In this document: one piece after another, positions 27,241 to 39,165 of the stretch
Position numbering within the stretch: the stretch's first letter is position 1
Layout: every line of letters begins with the position of its first letter
Origin: Octopus sinensis
Taxonomy: Eukaryota
Assembly: GCF_006345805.1 (NCBI RefSeq)
Contig: NC_043012.1
Coordinates: 35,898,001-35,962,000 of the forward strand
DNA: 64,000 nt
Direction: 5' to 3'
The notes under the pieces: model-generated
Told to the model about the DNA's origin: nothing
The model's database searches: none
Seen by the model: only the letters and a program-made list of their open reading frames with translations
Position numbers and translations under genes: made by a program

Positions 27241-27717
27241 TGAGGATGAGTCAAAAAGTAATGCCATTTTGTTTAGGACAGGTATAATTACCAACATAGT
27301 CACCATTTCTCTCAATAGCAATGTTCCACCTTCGAATGAGAGCATGTATCCTTGCTCTGTAAAATTCTGTTGTTTGTTTTTTGAGCCACTTCTTCACTAC
27401 CTCCACACTCACCAGCTTTAACACCTTCTTCGGTACCATGAAAGAGGGCTTGAGAGGCAAACATCATTCCAGTAATGAGGAAATGAAAACTGTAGTGAAG
27501 AAGTGGCTCAAAGAACAGTTAACAGAATTTTACGGGGCAGGGATACATGCTCTCATTCGAAGATGGAACATTGCTATTGAGAGAAATGGTGACTATGTTG
27601 AGAAGTAGGGATGTGATCCACAGAGGACCAGCTTCATTTTGATGTATGATACATGTTCCTGTGTTGGTAATTATACCTGTCCTAAACAAAATAGCATAAC
27701 TTTTTGACTCACCCTCA
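27241..27717. mobile_element. Mariner foldback derivative (inverted duplication of the transposase 3' end)
   Basis: TA|tgaggatgagtcaaaaagt...actttttgactcaccctca|TA. Both strands encode KKWLK..EFY..IHALIRRWNIAIERNGDYV; the + strand also has FGTMKEGLRGK. Confidence 0.9.
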
Positions 27718-28137
27718 TACCTTTCTATCTATACATTTATCTAAGTGTCTGTGTGTCTGTCTCTCTACCTACCCACCCATCTATTTACCCACCTGTCTGT
27801 CTGACTGGCTGGTTGTCTGCCTGTCTTACTGTTTATCTGTCAGTAACAATATAATTGTACAACACACACACACACACACAACAGGGTATCAACCACAACA
27901 TGTGTCATCAACTCATCATTGTCTTTTGTTTTTAATTGTATCCACCTCTTAATTAGGGAATTTAATTCTAGATTAAATTAGTGTCAAAATATATTTGTAG
28001 TTTTTACAGTATTTCACTCTGTTTGGTCAAATAGCTTTGATATGTCTGATAACTAAGATTATGTTGGATATGAAACTGTTGTTGTTGTTGGATGAGAAAT
28101 GGTTTTGTTGTGCTTCTGTTGTCTACATTGTCTGCTG

Positions 28138-28680
28138 CAGTAGTTCTCAACCATTTTTTCCCAATGGACCCCTTTGGTTCCCATTTTATTCATGTGGACC
28201 CCATAGCTATTATGTTTTAAAAAAATCCTATTATATTTTTATAATTAAATAAAGATAAGGGCAAAGACCCCTTCCGTTACAAATGACAGTGGAATTGCAC
28301 TTCCCTTCTCAGGCACAAGCTGGAGCAAGGTTGTTTACGGAAGATCAACACTTGCCCATGCATACCAGCCCCACCTCTCCACACCACTGATGTTATCCAA
28401 GGGAATGGCAAAGGGGCCGATACAGCTTGGCACCAGTGATGCCGCAACTCATTTCTACAGCTGAGGGAACTGGAGCAACATGAAGTAAAGTGTCTTGCTC
28501 AAGGACACAACACACAGCCTGGTCTGGGAATTGAACTCACTACCTCAGGATTGTGAGCCTGATGCTCTAACCACTGAGCCATGCGCCTTAGGAAACGCAT
28601 ACAGACAATTGTTAAAATATTTGGTGTATTGTAGAAGTATGACCTCCAAGGGTCATCTGGTCCCTGGTTGAGAACAACTG
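28138..28680. mobile_element. hAT-type MITE with a nested CORE-like SINE (28253-28590, minus)
   Basis: TIRs cagtagttctcaacc / ggttgagaacaactg; flanks gtctgctg / gtctattg fit a decayed 8-bp TSD. Confidence 0.75.
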
Positions 28681-28754
28681 GTCTATTGTGTATGGTGATG
28701 TTGAGCGAGGAATGTCAGCCGTTTATGTTGAATGTCTGCTGTATTTTGAATATG

Positions 28755-29055
28755 AAATGCTTATTGTATGCTGAATGTTTACCATGATTTATGTTGAGTG
28801 TGAATTGCTTTCTGTGTGTTGATTGTGAAATATTTACTGTATGTGTAGAATGAAATGCTTACTGTATGTCAAATGTGAAATATTTATAATATGTTTAATG
28901 TGAAATCTTTTACTGTATGTTCATAAAGAAATGTTTGTTGTGTTAGATGTGAATTGTTTACTGTATGTTTAGTTTATGATAAACATGAATTGTTTTCTGT
29001 GTTGTTGACTGTGAAATGTTTACTGTACATTTAACTTGAAATGTTCACTGTATGA
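28755..29055. repeat. Degenerate minisatellite (tgtgaaatgtttactgtatg-like) just upstream of the giant exon
   Basis: About ten diverged copies of tgaaat(g/a)tttactgtatg. Confidence 0.75.
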
Positions 29056-29100
29056 TTGCAATGATGACCTCATTCTAGAGCAAGCCTGTTCCTTTTTAAG

Positions 29101-32090
29101 GTGCAACATCTACGAGGTCCAGAAGTGACTCAGAATGTTCCGATCCTGTGTCCGAAGTTGACTGGGAAGAAATGACAATGAGTAAATACCACTCTGAAGT
29201 GACCAGTCCAGATGGAAGTAGTGCTGAAGATGAAGAGGATGAGGACTACGATAGGGAAGGAATCATTAGCGGTAAACCTCTCCGTAGAAAACACCGACCG
29301 AGATTTCTCAATATTAGCCGTTCTCTTAGTGTGACATCTTCTGATGATGAGGTGGATGAGAAGAGCTACAAATTAGCTCAGTTAGAACATGTTAAACATG
29401 TGTCTGCCAGTGAAAAGTCTTCTGAAAAGATCAACAGCAATAATAAAAGTGATTCAGACGGTAGTCTGAAAGAGGGGAGGGGATCGGATGGTATAGCATA
29501 CCATGCCGAGTCTGTGAAAGGTCAACTGGTGCAAGAACAACAACATCAGCAGTCTATGGACTTTTTAAGTGATGGAAAAGCTGTCCGCAGTCCCAGTCCA
29601 CCCAGAAGTCCGAGCTGGCGAGAAGGTCTTGACAGTCCCCCCTTTTCCCCACGTAGAAGGGATTCATATCCGGCTAAGAAACGCGGACATATTTCCCCTT
29701 TATCACCAAAAGATAAAAAATTCCAGTTTTCATATGTCGACACATCTCCGACAAAACGCCATCTATCTACTGAAGACTTATATGACAGCAACCACCAAAG
29801 TGAGATTTCACCTTCAAGATCTCCACTTACTCCTGAAGAACTGAAGAAAGCATTTGGTGCTGTATGTGGCCAGAGCACACAGAAAGAAAGCTCTAGCTCT
29901 GATAGTTCCAGAAAGTCAACACCATCTTCAGTATTGTCCATACCACATCATCGTGATACTAATACAAAAGACCAAAAGCCATTTGCCTTAGGTATGGACA
30001 CCGAAGTCATTGATTTAGCAACTTATGCGGCAACCATTGCCAGCAACACAGCTAGCTTAACGTCCCTTAGTGCATCCCCGACTAACCTCCCAACGTCCAC
30101 AATAGAAGGACCTGACAGCATTTCTCCTGAATCGATTACGAGCACTGACAGTACGTCCCCTATATCTCCCAATTACTACGATGGTTCCCAGTCTGAAGAG
30201 GGAGACGTAGAACTAGCAGACCCTTCAACAAAATCTATTGATTATCAAGGTACTAAGAGGCAAAAACAAAGGCCACCGTCATCTGATTGGTCTCCAGTTA
30301 TTGATCTGTCACCAATCATTGATGTCTCGCCTTCAGTCGAGGAGGCAGAGCAACAAGAAATGTTGGCGCAGCAGCGGGAAGTTCTTCGTAAAAGAGAATC
30401 GGATGCTGCTTCTGAGTCAGAAGAGGAGGATGGAGAAAATTCCAGTCCAGAAAAGAAAAACTTAGACAATTATGAAATTCCTTGCTTAAAACGGTACATG
30501 AACTTCGAAGATATCAGTAAAATATGTGAAGGAAAGATTCCAGATGAGAAGAAGATTGAACGAATAAGCGACATGTTGAGTGATTTCCAAAAAATCAATC
30601 GTAATATTGATATATTAACTTATCCAATTCTGAGATCGAATGGTGATAAGGAAAATATTATAACAACAACAAGTTCTGCATCAAACCCTAGATCGGGGAC
30701 GAGTGACGTTGTCACAACCCTTCCCATTGCAAGACCACCATCAGCTACATACACAATGGCACCTATCTCAACGTCAGTGACAACATCCCCTGTTACTATG
30801 ACAACTGTTTCTGTATCAGAGGAAGAAAACGATCGGATTATTCACCCATTACCATCGAGAGGGATGCGGCCAACCATATCTACGTCATCTTTGTCAGAGC
30901 TTATGGATTCTGGTGGCGAGGAATCTGAATTAATGACTGCATGGAACTTGGCTCAGTCTAATGTCACGTCAAAGACATTACCATCTCTGCAGACATCCAC
31001 ATCAGTTGTTACTGCAACGTCCTTAGCCATGTCTGCTACTGTTGTCACAAGTGCTGGCTCCAGCTGCAGCGTGTCGAGAGCAGAACAAGGTGATCGGTCA
31101 GCAACCACGAAACCAATGAAACCAGCTATTGCCCCGAAACCGACAGTAGCAGCCAAAAACATGCCTGCAGGTAAAGCAGCAGAGGTGAAACCTGCTGCTA
31201 AACCGGCACCAACTGATAACAAGCCGGAACCACCACCTCGTGTTAGGCGGAAATTACCCGAACCAACACCTGAAATCTTGGCCACTCAAAAACCACCGAA
31301 ACCTCCTAAACCAGCACGTACACCGTCGACTTGCGTGTCGACAACACCCACCACACGAACTGCTCCTGTAAACGTCGTCCCAGGGCAGCCCACGAGGCCA
31401 TTGCCTCCCCCTCCAGCCGGTAGCAAGTCTGTCAAGCTGTTAACCGAAGCATTTGAAGTGAAAACGGCTGCTCAAGCACCTCCGGAGATCAAACCCAAGC
31501 CAGCACCTGCTGCTGTCGCTGCTGCCACTGCTGCTGCAGTACCTGTCACTACTACCACCACTACTGCAGTAGCAGCAGCTGCTTCTACTACTACAACTAC
31601 CACAACTACTACTACTACTACTATTAGGACTACAACTACTGCTGCTACTGAACCCAAACCGCCAAGTCCAGCTGTGGAACCTAAACCAGCTAAAGCGCAC
31701 CCTATAAAAGCAGAGCCTGAAAAGAAGAAGGCGAAGGATATAAAACCGAAACTGAGGTCCCAACAGAAGCATGGAGAGCAGTCTTATTCCCCCTCCCAGT
31801 TAAAAGTATTGGACTCTCCTGTAACACCCCCAGAGCCTTCTGTATCTGTTCTGAAACGCGAATACTCTGACAGTACATCTGTCTCTCCCTCTTCCTCTCC
31901 TGATCATGAGCTTGACGCTTACCCTTCTCCGGGGACCCCACCAGATTCTGATACATCTCCGCCAAAAGCGTTGTCCCCATCATCTCCCAAAGGGAGTACT
32001 GCAACAACAAGAACTGTGAAGCCCATAAGTTCCCAGCCAGCTACTGATCCGAAGAAACTCCGACCTGTCTCTACTCCCAGAACAACTGTG
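29101..32090 (+). CDS. PCLO: Piccolo-like gene, giant 2990-nt coding exon (Ser/Pro/Thr-rich, Piccolo/Bassoon-like LSPIIDVSP box)
   Basis: tttttaag|GT acceptor (phase 1), uninterrupted ORF of about 1000 codons, donor GTG|gtaagt (phase 0). Contains DLSPIIDVSPSVEEAEQQEM, resembling Piccolo/Bassoon LSPIEDASPTEELRQAAEM (recalled). Confidence 0.88.
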
Positions 32091-32177
32091 GTAAGTTAAG
32101 TTTTTGCAATAAGTTCTTCAGAATATTTGGGGAACTGAATTTGGGCAGAAGGTAGGGAGATGGGTAGATAGGTAGAG

Positions 32178-32209
<32 letters not shown>

Positions 32210-32629
32210 GAGTGAGAGATACAGCTATAGTATTTGCATTACAGTATCCAAATCACAGTGATGCCAACATTTAAATTTGTTCTGAGATCAATAAAAGAAA
32301 TTTCATCATCATCATCATGTCAGAATTGTTAGCACATCAGGTAAATGCTTGGCAGCGTTTCGCCCATCTTTACACTCTGAGCTTAAATTCTGCCAAGGCC
32401 GAGTTTACCTTTCATCCTTTCAGGGTCAATAAATTAATTACCAGTGAAACACTGAGGTCAATGTAATCAACTCAACCCTCTCCCCCGAAATTGCTGGCCT
32501 TATTCCAAAATTTGAAGCTATTATTAAGAGCATGTGGTGGTGGTGGTGTGGGGGGTGATGTTATTAACGAGCTCTTCCCAAATTTCAGGCTTTCTACTTA
32601 TAGTAGAAAGATTTATTATTAATATTATA

Positions 32630-33275
32630 ATTATTGCCTTTGCACAGCTTCTAACGCTGGAGATGTATTACAGTATCAGCTGTTCACTACCAGTGAACTA
32701 AGGTAACACTTCTTACTTTTTGAGCACCTTCCAGAATATTTGAGCGATTCCAAGCAGTGCTGTTTTCTGCAAGTGCTCCACACTTATTGCAGCCCCTATT
32801 TTTTCCATGTACTTCTCGAAATTTTTGCTCACTGTTCCCAGGCCTCCGACAATTATTGGTACTACTACCACCTTTTTTCATCAACCATAACTGCTTAACC
32901 TCCCAAGCTAACCTGTCATATCTCTCAACTTTTCTTTCTTCCTTATCGCATACCTTGTTGTCAGCTGGGCATGTTATATCTAGGATCCAGTATAGTTTGT
33001 TTCCTTTCTCAATTAAGACGGTGTCTGGCTTCCTATTCTCTATCTCATGGTCGCACTGAATCATAAAATCCCATAGGATCTTTGCATTTCTATTTTCGAT
33101 GATGACTTCAGGTTTGTGGTCGTACCAATTTTTTGCTCTGTCAAGTCCATACTTGTTGTAAAGTGTCCAATGGACAAGCCTGGCTATATTTTCATGACAT
33201 CTCTTATATTCCTTCTGGGCTAGTGGTGTACATTGGCTGGTAATATGCCATATGGTTCCACCGTTTTGTCCACAG
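32630..33275 (-). mobile_element. R4/Dong-like non-LTR retrotransposon 3' fragment (CCHC knuckle + restriction-like endonuclease)
   Basis: C..TIWHITSQCTPLAQKEYKRCHENIARLVHW..KILWDF..RKPD..ILDITCP..EERKVERY; after a frameshift near 32875 continues VVVVPIIVGGLG. Flanked by TAA/ATT tracts. Confidence 0.85.
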
Positions 33276-33336
<61 letters not shown>

Positions 33337-33984
33337 GCTGTTGTTCTTTTACCCTTTCAGGGATCAATAAAATAAAGTTCCAGTCAAGGACTGAGGTTGA
33401 TTTCCTCAATTACCCCCACCCCATCCCACCTCCAACCAGCCAACCAGTTTCAGGCCTTGTGCCTATTTTAGAAACCATTGAGGTAGCAAATGGTTGAATC
33501 ATTAGCATACCAGATGCTTAGCAGCATTTCTTCTAGCTTTACATTCTGAGTTCCAATTCCTCTGAGGTCGACTTTGCCTTTCATATTTTGAGGTCGATAA
33601 GATAAGCACCAATTGAGTTTTGGTGACAATGTAATCCACTGTAACCCATTCCTAAAATTTCAGGTCTCTTCCCAAAGTAGGAAGAATTTTCCCCTCCACC
33701 TATTTGCACACAATATGCCCTTGTTAAATCCCTTCCTCCCACCTCTACCTCCCACTCTCCTCCTGAAATCTTGTGAACTTACCCTCATCAATCTCTGATC
33801 CACTTCATTTTATGCACCACCCTGTAACTTGGGTGTACGGCCCTTGCCCCCTCTCTGTCATGTCTTCACCATCATTCCATTGTCTCTCTTCTCCATCTGA
33901 GGAAGCCATGTCTCGCTTCTAATGTAAGACTCCTTTCTGTTCCCTCAGTATTACTCCCCCCAGTTGTGGGGGTCTTGTCCTGCA

Positions 33985-34215
33985 AGTTATTTGGCAACCC
34001 TCACTGCTGTTGGTGCCACATGAAAAGCACCCATTACACTCTTGGAGTGGCTGGCACTAGGGAGGGCCATCCAGCCATAGAAACCATGCCAAAACAGATA
34101 GTAGAGCTTGCTGTAGTCTTCTGATTTGCCTGTTCTTGTCAAACCATCCAACCCATACCAGCATGGAAAATTAGACATAAATTGATGATGATGATGATGA
34201 CGACAATGATGATGA
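33985..34215 (+). mobile_element. RTE 3'-tail fragment
   Basis: aaaagcacccattacactc..ccaacccataccagcatggaaa..gatgatgatg. Confidence 0.7.
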
Positions 34216-35348
34216 AATATTACTATTGTTGTTGTTGTTAGCAGAGTTCTGTTGGCAAAGACTGGATCTTTGAATTAGTTCCTGCCATTTACCTTTTTGT
34301 TAAAACATTTATTAATCTTCTTGGGATACTCTTTGACCTCTCATTAGTTTGTTTCAAGTGAAAAAAAAAAGAAAAAGAACAGGAAATGGTTTTCTTTTTA
34401 ATCTCGAAACATAAAGAAGACATAATTTTCAAGTGTGAGGAATGAACTGTGTCAATAAGTCAACTTCTGTTTGATCTGTTACAATAAAGAACACGGAAAT
34501 CTATTTGAGATTTTTTGATAAAAAGATATTTATTTTTATTGTAAACAAAAAAATGTTGTTATTACAAATATCAACAAGTACCAAGATATTTTCAAAGCTT
34601 ATTGTTCTTGGCTTATGTACATTAGTAGTAACTGTTGTGAGTTTCTTGGTGTTAGCTGATCATTGTGTGTTGCTGCCACTGTTCGTCCATTGTTATTGTG
34701 CAGAGACAGTACTCTGGTTCTGCTACTCTCTGCTGACTGCCATTTTCACCGCCCGGTCTGATTTCTGCCATCTGGTGGTAGTGGCTAAAATGCACTGACT
34801 ATATAGTGGGGGTCTTACTCAGAAAAATGTGCACCAATGATGAAATTGTTAGTTCTGATTGCAAATGAAGTCTTGAAGGGTCAGAATTTTTAATGACGTT
34901 GGTAATATTCTAGAAATCGCAATCATATTCTTGGGTTACTTTTCTCGCACTGGATACAGTCATCTGGATTCAGTTGCTAAATCTTCCTGCTACAGATCCC
35001 TAATCATTTTCAGTTCCATCTCCAATCATCTTCAGTTTGATATCTAATCATCTTCAGGTGTCTTAGTTGCTGGATGGGATCAGACTGGATTAAAATTAAG
35101 AATTTTTATTTCAAAAATAAGATTTAAATCGTTCTTGTTCATCAGTGACCTAGAGCAGATAATAATAATAAGGCAGTTTAGAAATGAAAGTTTTAAAAGT
35201 TTGCAGTTCAACTCCTACTTGGTAAGAAATATTGTTTTAAGAACCTTCTTTCTGGAAAGAAAAAATATTTTCTGATCTCATCTTATTCAAAAAACACTTT
35301 GTAAATAATCTCTCTTTCCATACACAAACATCTCTCTCTCTCTCTTTG

Positions 35349-35393
<45 letters not shown>

Positions 35394-35420
35394 GTCTATC
35401 TGTCTATACACATACACACA

Positions 35421-35514
<94 letters not shown>

Positions 35515-35708
35515 TATACATACATGTACATTTGTATATATATGTATATATACATATGTCTTTATATATACACACACACATCTATGTGTGAATGCATGTC
35601 TGTCACTATCTTTCTCTTTCTCCCTCTCTCTTTTCCTCTATCTCTCTCTCTCAATCTCTCACATTCTTCCCTAATTCACCTTCATTATGCTTCTTTCCTA
35701 CCTCTCAG

Positions 35709-36060
35709 CCTGACTCACAGAAGGCCAAAGATGGCAACAAGAAAATACGAAGGAAACTTCCTGCCATCCCAGCAGATGAAGAACCAGTAACTGCACCGAG
35801 GGCCCTTGGTGTTAAGAAGGGTCCTTTATTCAACACACCACCAGCTCCAAGTCGTAAGGCTCCAACACTCAAGACTGGAAAGCCCGCTACCAACATTGAT
35901 CCTGCACTCAGAGCAGATGAGAGTATTCGTGAGAGTATTTATGCAACTCCGGTGACCCAATTAACAAGTATGGATACATCAATGTCAGCACAACCAAATG
36001 GACGCAGTAGCAACCCAAACGTTGGTCACAAACAGAAATTAGGGCCAATTACTTCAAAAG
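35709..36060 (+). CDS. PCLO: Piccolo-like gene, coding exon ([10 protein letters not shown]3-ligand motif); second in-frame acceptor at 35721
   Basis: Long CT-rich tract + cag acceptor (phase 0). [24 protein letters not shown]...GPITSK. Donor AAAG|gtcagt (phase 1) matches the next exon. Confidence 0.8.
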
Positions 36061-36619
36061 GTCAGTTAAAATGTTACAGATGAATTATTCTTATTTTATT
36101 TCATTTATCTCTTTCCTTCGCTTTTATTTTTTTCATAGCATTTTGTCTTTCTTACCACCTGTTTCAATGAATCAAACGACACAAGTACCAGTAACATATT
36201 CTTCTTTAATCCTCCTTCTTGTCATCATTGTTTTAAAGCCCACTTTTTCCTTCTTGCATGGGTCAGACGATTTGTTGAGGCAGATTTTCTACAGCTGGAT
36301 ACCCCTCCTGTCATCAATCCTCACCTGTTTCCAAGCAAGTACCAGTAATGTACTGGGTATGTTTTACCATGTGTGTTTGTCCAAACAGTTGTAGTTGAGG
36401 AGAATACGAGGATAGTGATGTGGTGGTGGATCAGAAAATATGGAGACAATGTGTGGGGGGAGAGGGAGTGAAGGGATGAGAGAGAAATGAACAGTGAAAG
36501 GGATGGATGTCAGAGGTATGTAGTAGAGGCTATAGTGAGTGGGTGGCATGTATATATATATATCATATATATACATATATATGTATTATATATATTATAT
36601 TATATACATATATAGGTAG

Positions 36620-36789
36620 GTGTATGAGTGGCTGTGTGGTAAGTAGCTTGCTTACGAACCAGATGGTTCCGGGTTCAGTCCCACTGCATGGCACCTTGGG
36701 CAAGTGTCTTCTACTCTAGCCTCAGGCCGACCAAAGCCTTGTGAGTGGATTTGATAGACAGAAACTGAAAGAAGCCTGTCATATATATG

Positions 36790-36790
<1 letters not shown>
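36620..36790 (+). mobile_element. SINE family A head
   Basis: gagtggctgtgtggtaagtagcttgc..ccgggttcagtcccactgc..gaaactgaaagaagcc. Confidence 0.75.
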
Positions 36791-36823
<33 letters not shown>

Positions 36824-38489
36824 ATATATATATATCATCATCATCATCATCGTTTAACGTCCGTTAAACGATGATGATGATGATGATGATATATATATAT
36901 ATATATATGTATGTATGTGTGTGTGTATATATTTGTGCGTCTGTATTTGTTTTGGTCACTCTCTTGGTTACTGTAGCAGGTTCCGGTGGTAAGCATTGCC
37001 AAAATGACTGCTACTGTTTTGAATGCAACTTTTACTCCAGATTACCTTTCTTCTAAAAGAGCTGAAGTCCCCCATAACCTTCTCTGCCCCTGGGAAACGT
37101 GTTTAACTTATAGCTGGGAATGTGACAAATACTACCGTTCTGGGTGGGAACGATTATGGTAATGAAGGGCTGACTGCACTCTCCCCACAACTTCAGAACT
37201 CCCAAACTGCAGCCTCACCACAGGATGCAGTTTGATGTCATACTCAGGACATAAATACATACGTCAGTGTTTACTTAGATGCATACATACATGGATACAT
37301 GCATAGCTACATGTATGGATAAATTCACACACACGCACATACACACACAACAACAGCAACAACAACAAGTTTGCATTGTAAAATTCCATCTCCAACATAT
37401 TTATCAACCGAATGCACACGGTGGAATTGAACCTGGAATCATTATGGTCGCAAAGCAGACTTCTTAACCACGCAACCATGTCTGGCGGAGGCTCAGACCT
37501 GTGTCCTCATTAACCAAGGCCCTGTGGCTCAAACAGGGCAAAATGTTCGTAAAAGTTTTGTTAGCAGTATGAATAAACCCTGAAGTCACATGCTTCTCTC
37601 TTCACAATCAGACGCGAGAATATACTAAAGTTAGACGACATCAAGTATTGATCATAAATATATTGACCCAGCTCGAAAAATATAACCCACAACCGTTAGC
37701 TGAAAGATCAACTCTTGCTTTCACATCAATTCAATACATTATATATTTTTTATTTATTTATTTATTTATTTATTAATTTTTGTTGTTGTTGGTCTTTGGT
37801 CCATTGTGTTCGGTCGTCATGGCAATAATAACGGAGAGAAATTAATATCTTGGACATTTGCCAGTCTTTGCGAATATTTAATGATATGATGTCACTGAGT
37901 AACATCGGGTTTTTGTTTGAAACAGAACAATTTAGTTATTGAAGCAGTGGATGTATAGCAACTGGGTATGTAACACACATATATATGTATATACATATAT
38001 ACATATATATTTATATTTCTTCATTTCCCAGTTTGTTGTTTTTACTTTTATTTCTTTTCATGGAGCTGTTTGTAGTAGGTTTATGTGAAACAAGATGTCG
38101 AAATGGTTTATGAGACTTTTAAAGGCAGCTGATTAATGCCGCTGTAATGGTTGTATAAACAGATGCGAGGATGGAAAAAAAAAATCAATTCCAACATTTC
38201 TGAATGATTGCTTAATTACTCCTGACAGCTTGGTGAACTGCAGTAACGTCGGATAAAATATATATTTATAGACACCTTGTGATTTGAACTCCTGAGCTGT
38301 GAGTACATAGACCAATACCTTATCCTCTCAGCCATCTCACCTTTCTTATGTAACTTCAGTACAGTATCAGTCTGCACTATAAACATAACAAGACCACTGA
38401 CTATTAGTGAACTGCTGACCATATGAGGGAGCTACTGTGGACTGCATTTAATCAAATGACAAATAATTATTAGAGTCAAATGTTAAAAT

Positions 38490-38705
38490 GGACCCAACAC
38501 CACTGACTGACCATAGTGTGACAATAATATATGTACAGTGTAATCTCATACATGACTGACCATGGAGTACTATCATATATTAGTGTGCTGCCACATGTGA
38601 CTGACCACAATGTAAAGTAATATGCATTGTGGATTCACACTTGACTGACCACTGTGTAACAACATAAATAATTGTTTTTCACATAACTGACCATAGTGTA
38701 ACATA
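38490..38705. repeat. Degenerate minisatellite with a tgactgacca core
   Basis: (t)gactgacca / aactgacca recurs five times at about 45-bp spacing. Confidence 0.65.
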
Positions 38706-39134
38706 ATGATATACAGAGAGGTCTCCAACAGAATTACCAATTGACATATCAAATACTTTCAGTTTATGGTCCAGCCCATCTCCCTCCCTCCCAAAGATCA
38801 ACTGGACAAACAGCAGGTTTAGCCACCAAAACTGGCTCACAATTAATGGTTTTGAGTCAGCAGGAATTACATTACAAAACAGAAACTAAACTTAAAGTGC
38901 TGGTGGAGTGGGGTGGGGTAGGGTATATTACTTAAGGATTTGAAATCTCTGCCATACAACATGTGAGTTGCAACTTTCTTTTTTTTTTTTACTTCTGGAG
39001 CATTCTTCACTAAAATCTCTCAGAATGTAACAACAGCACCATATATGTATGTATATGTATGTATATGTATGTGTGTACATGTGTACATATATATGTATGT
39101 ATGTTCATATATATGTATGTATATGTGTGTGTAC

Positions 39135-39165
<31 letters not shown>

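Noticed and set aside
28540-28590. tRNA-like sequences (A and B boxes) here and in other SINE heads as real tRNA genes
   Set aside because: They continue directly into SINE bodies, are degenerate and lack a full cloverleaf.
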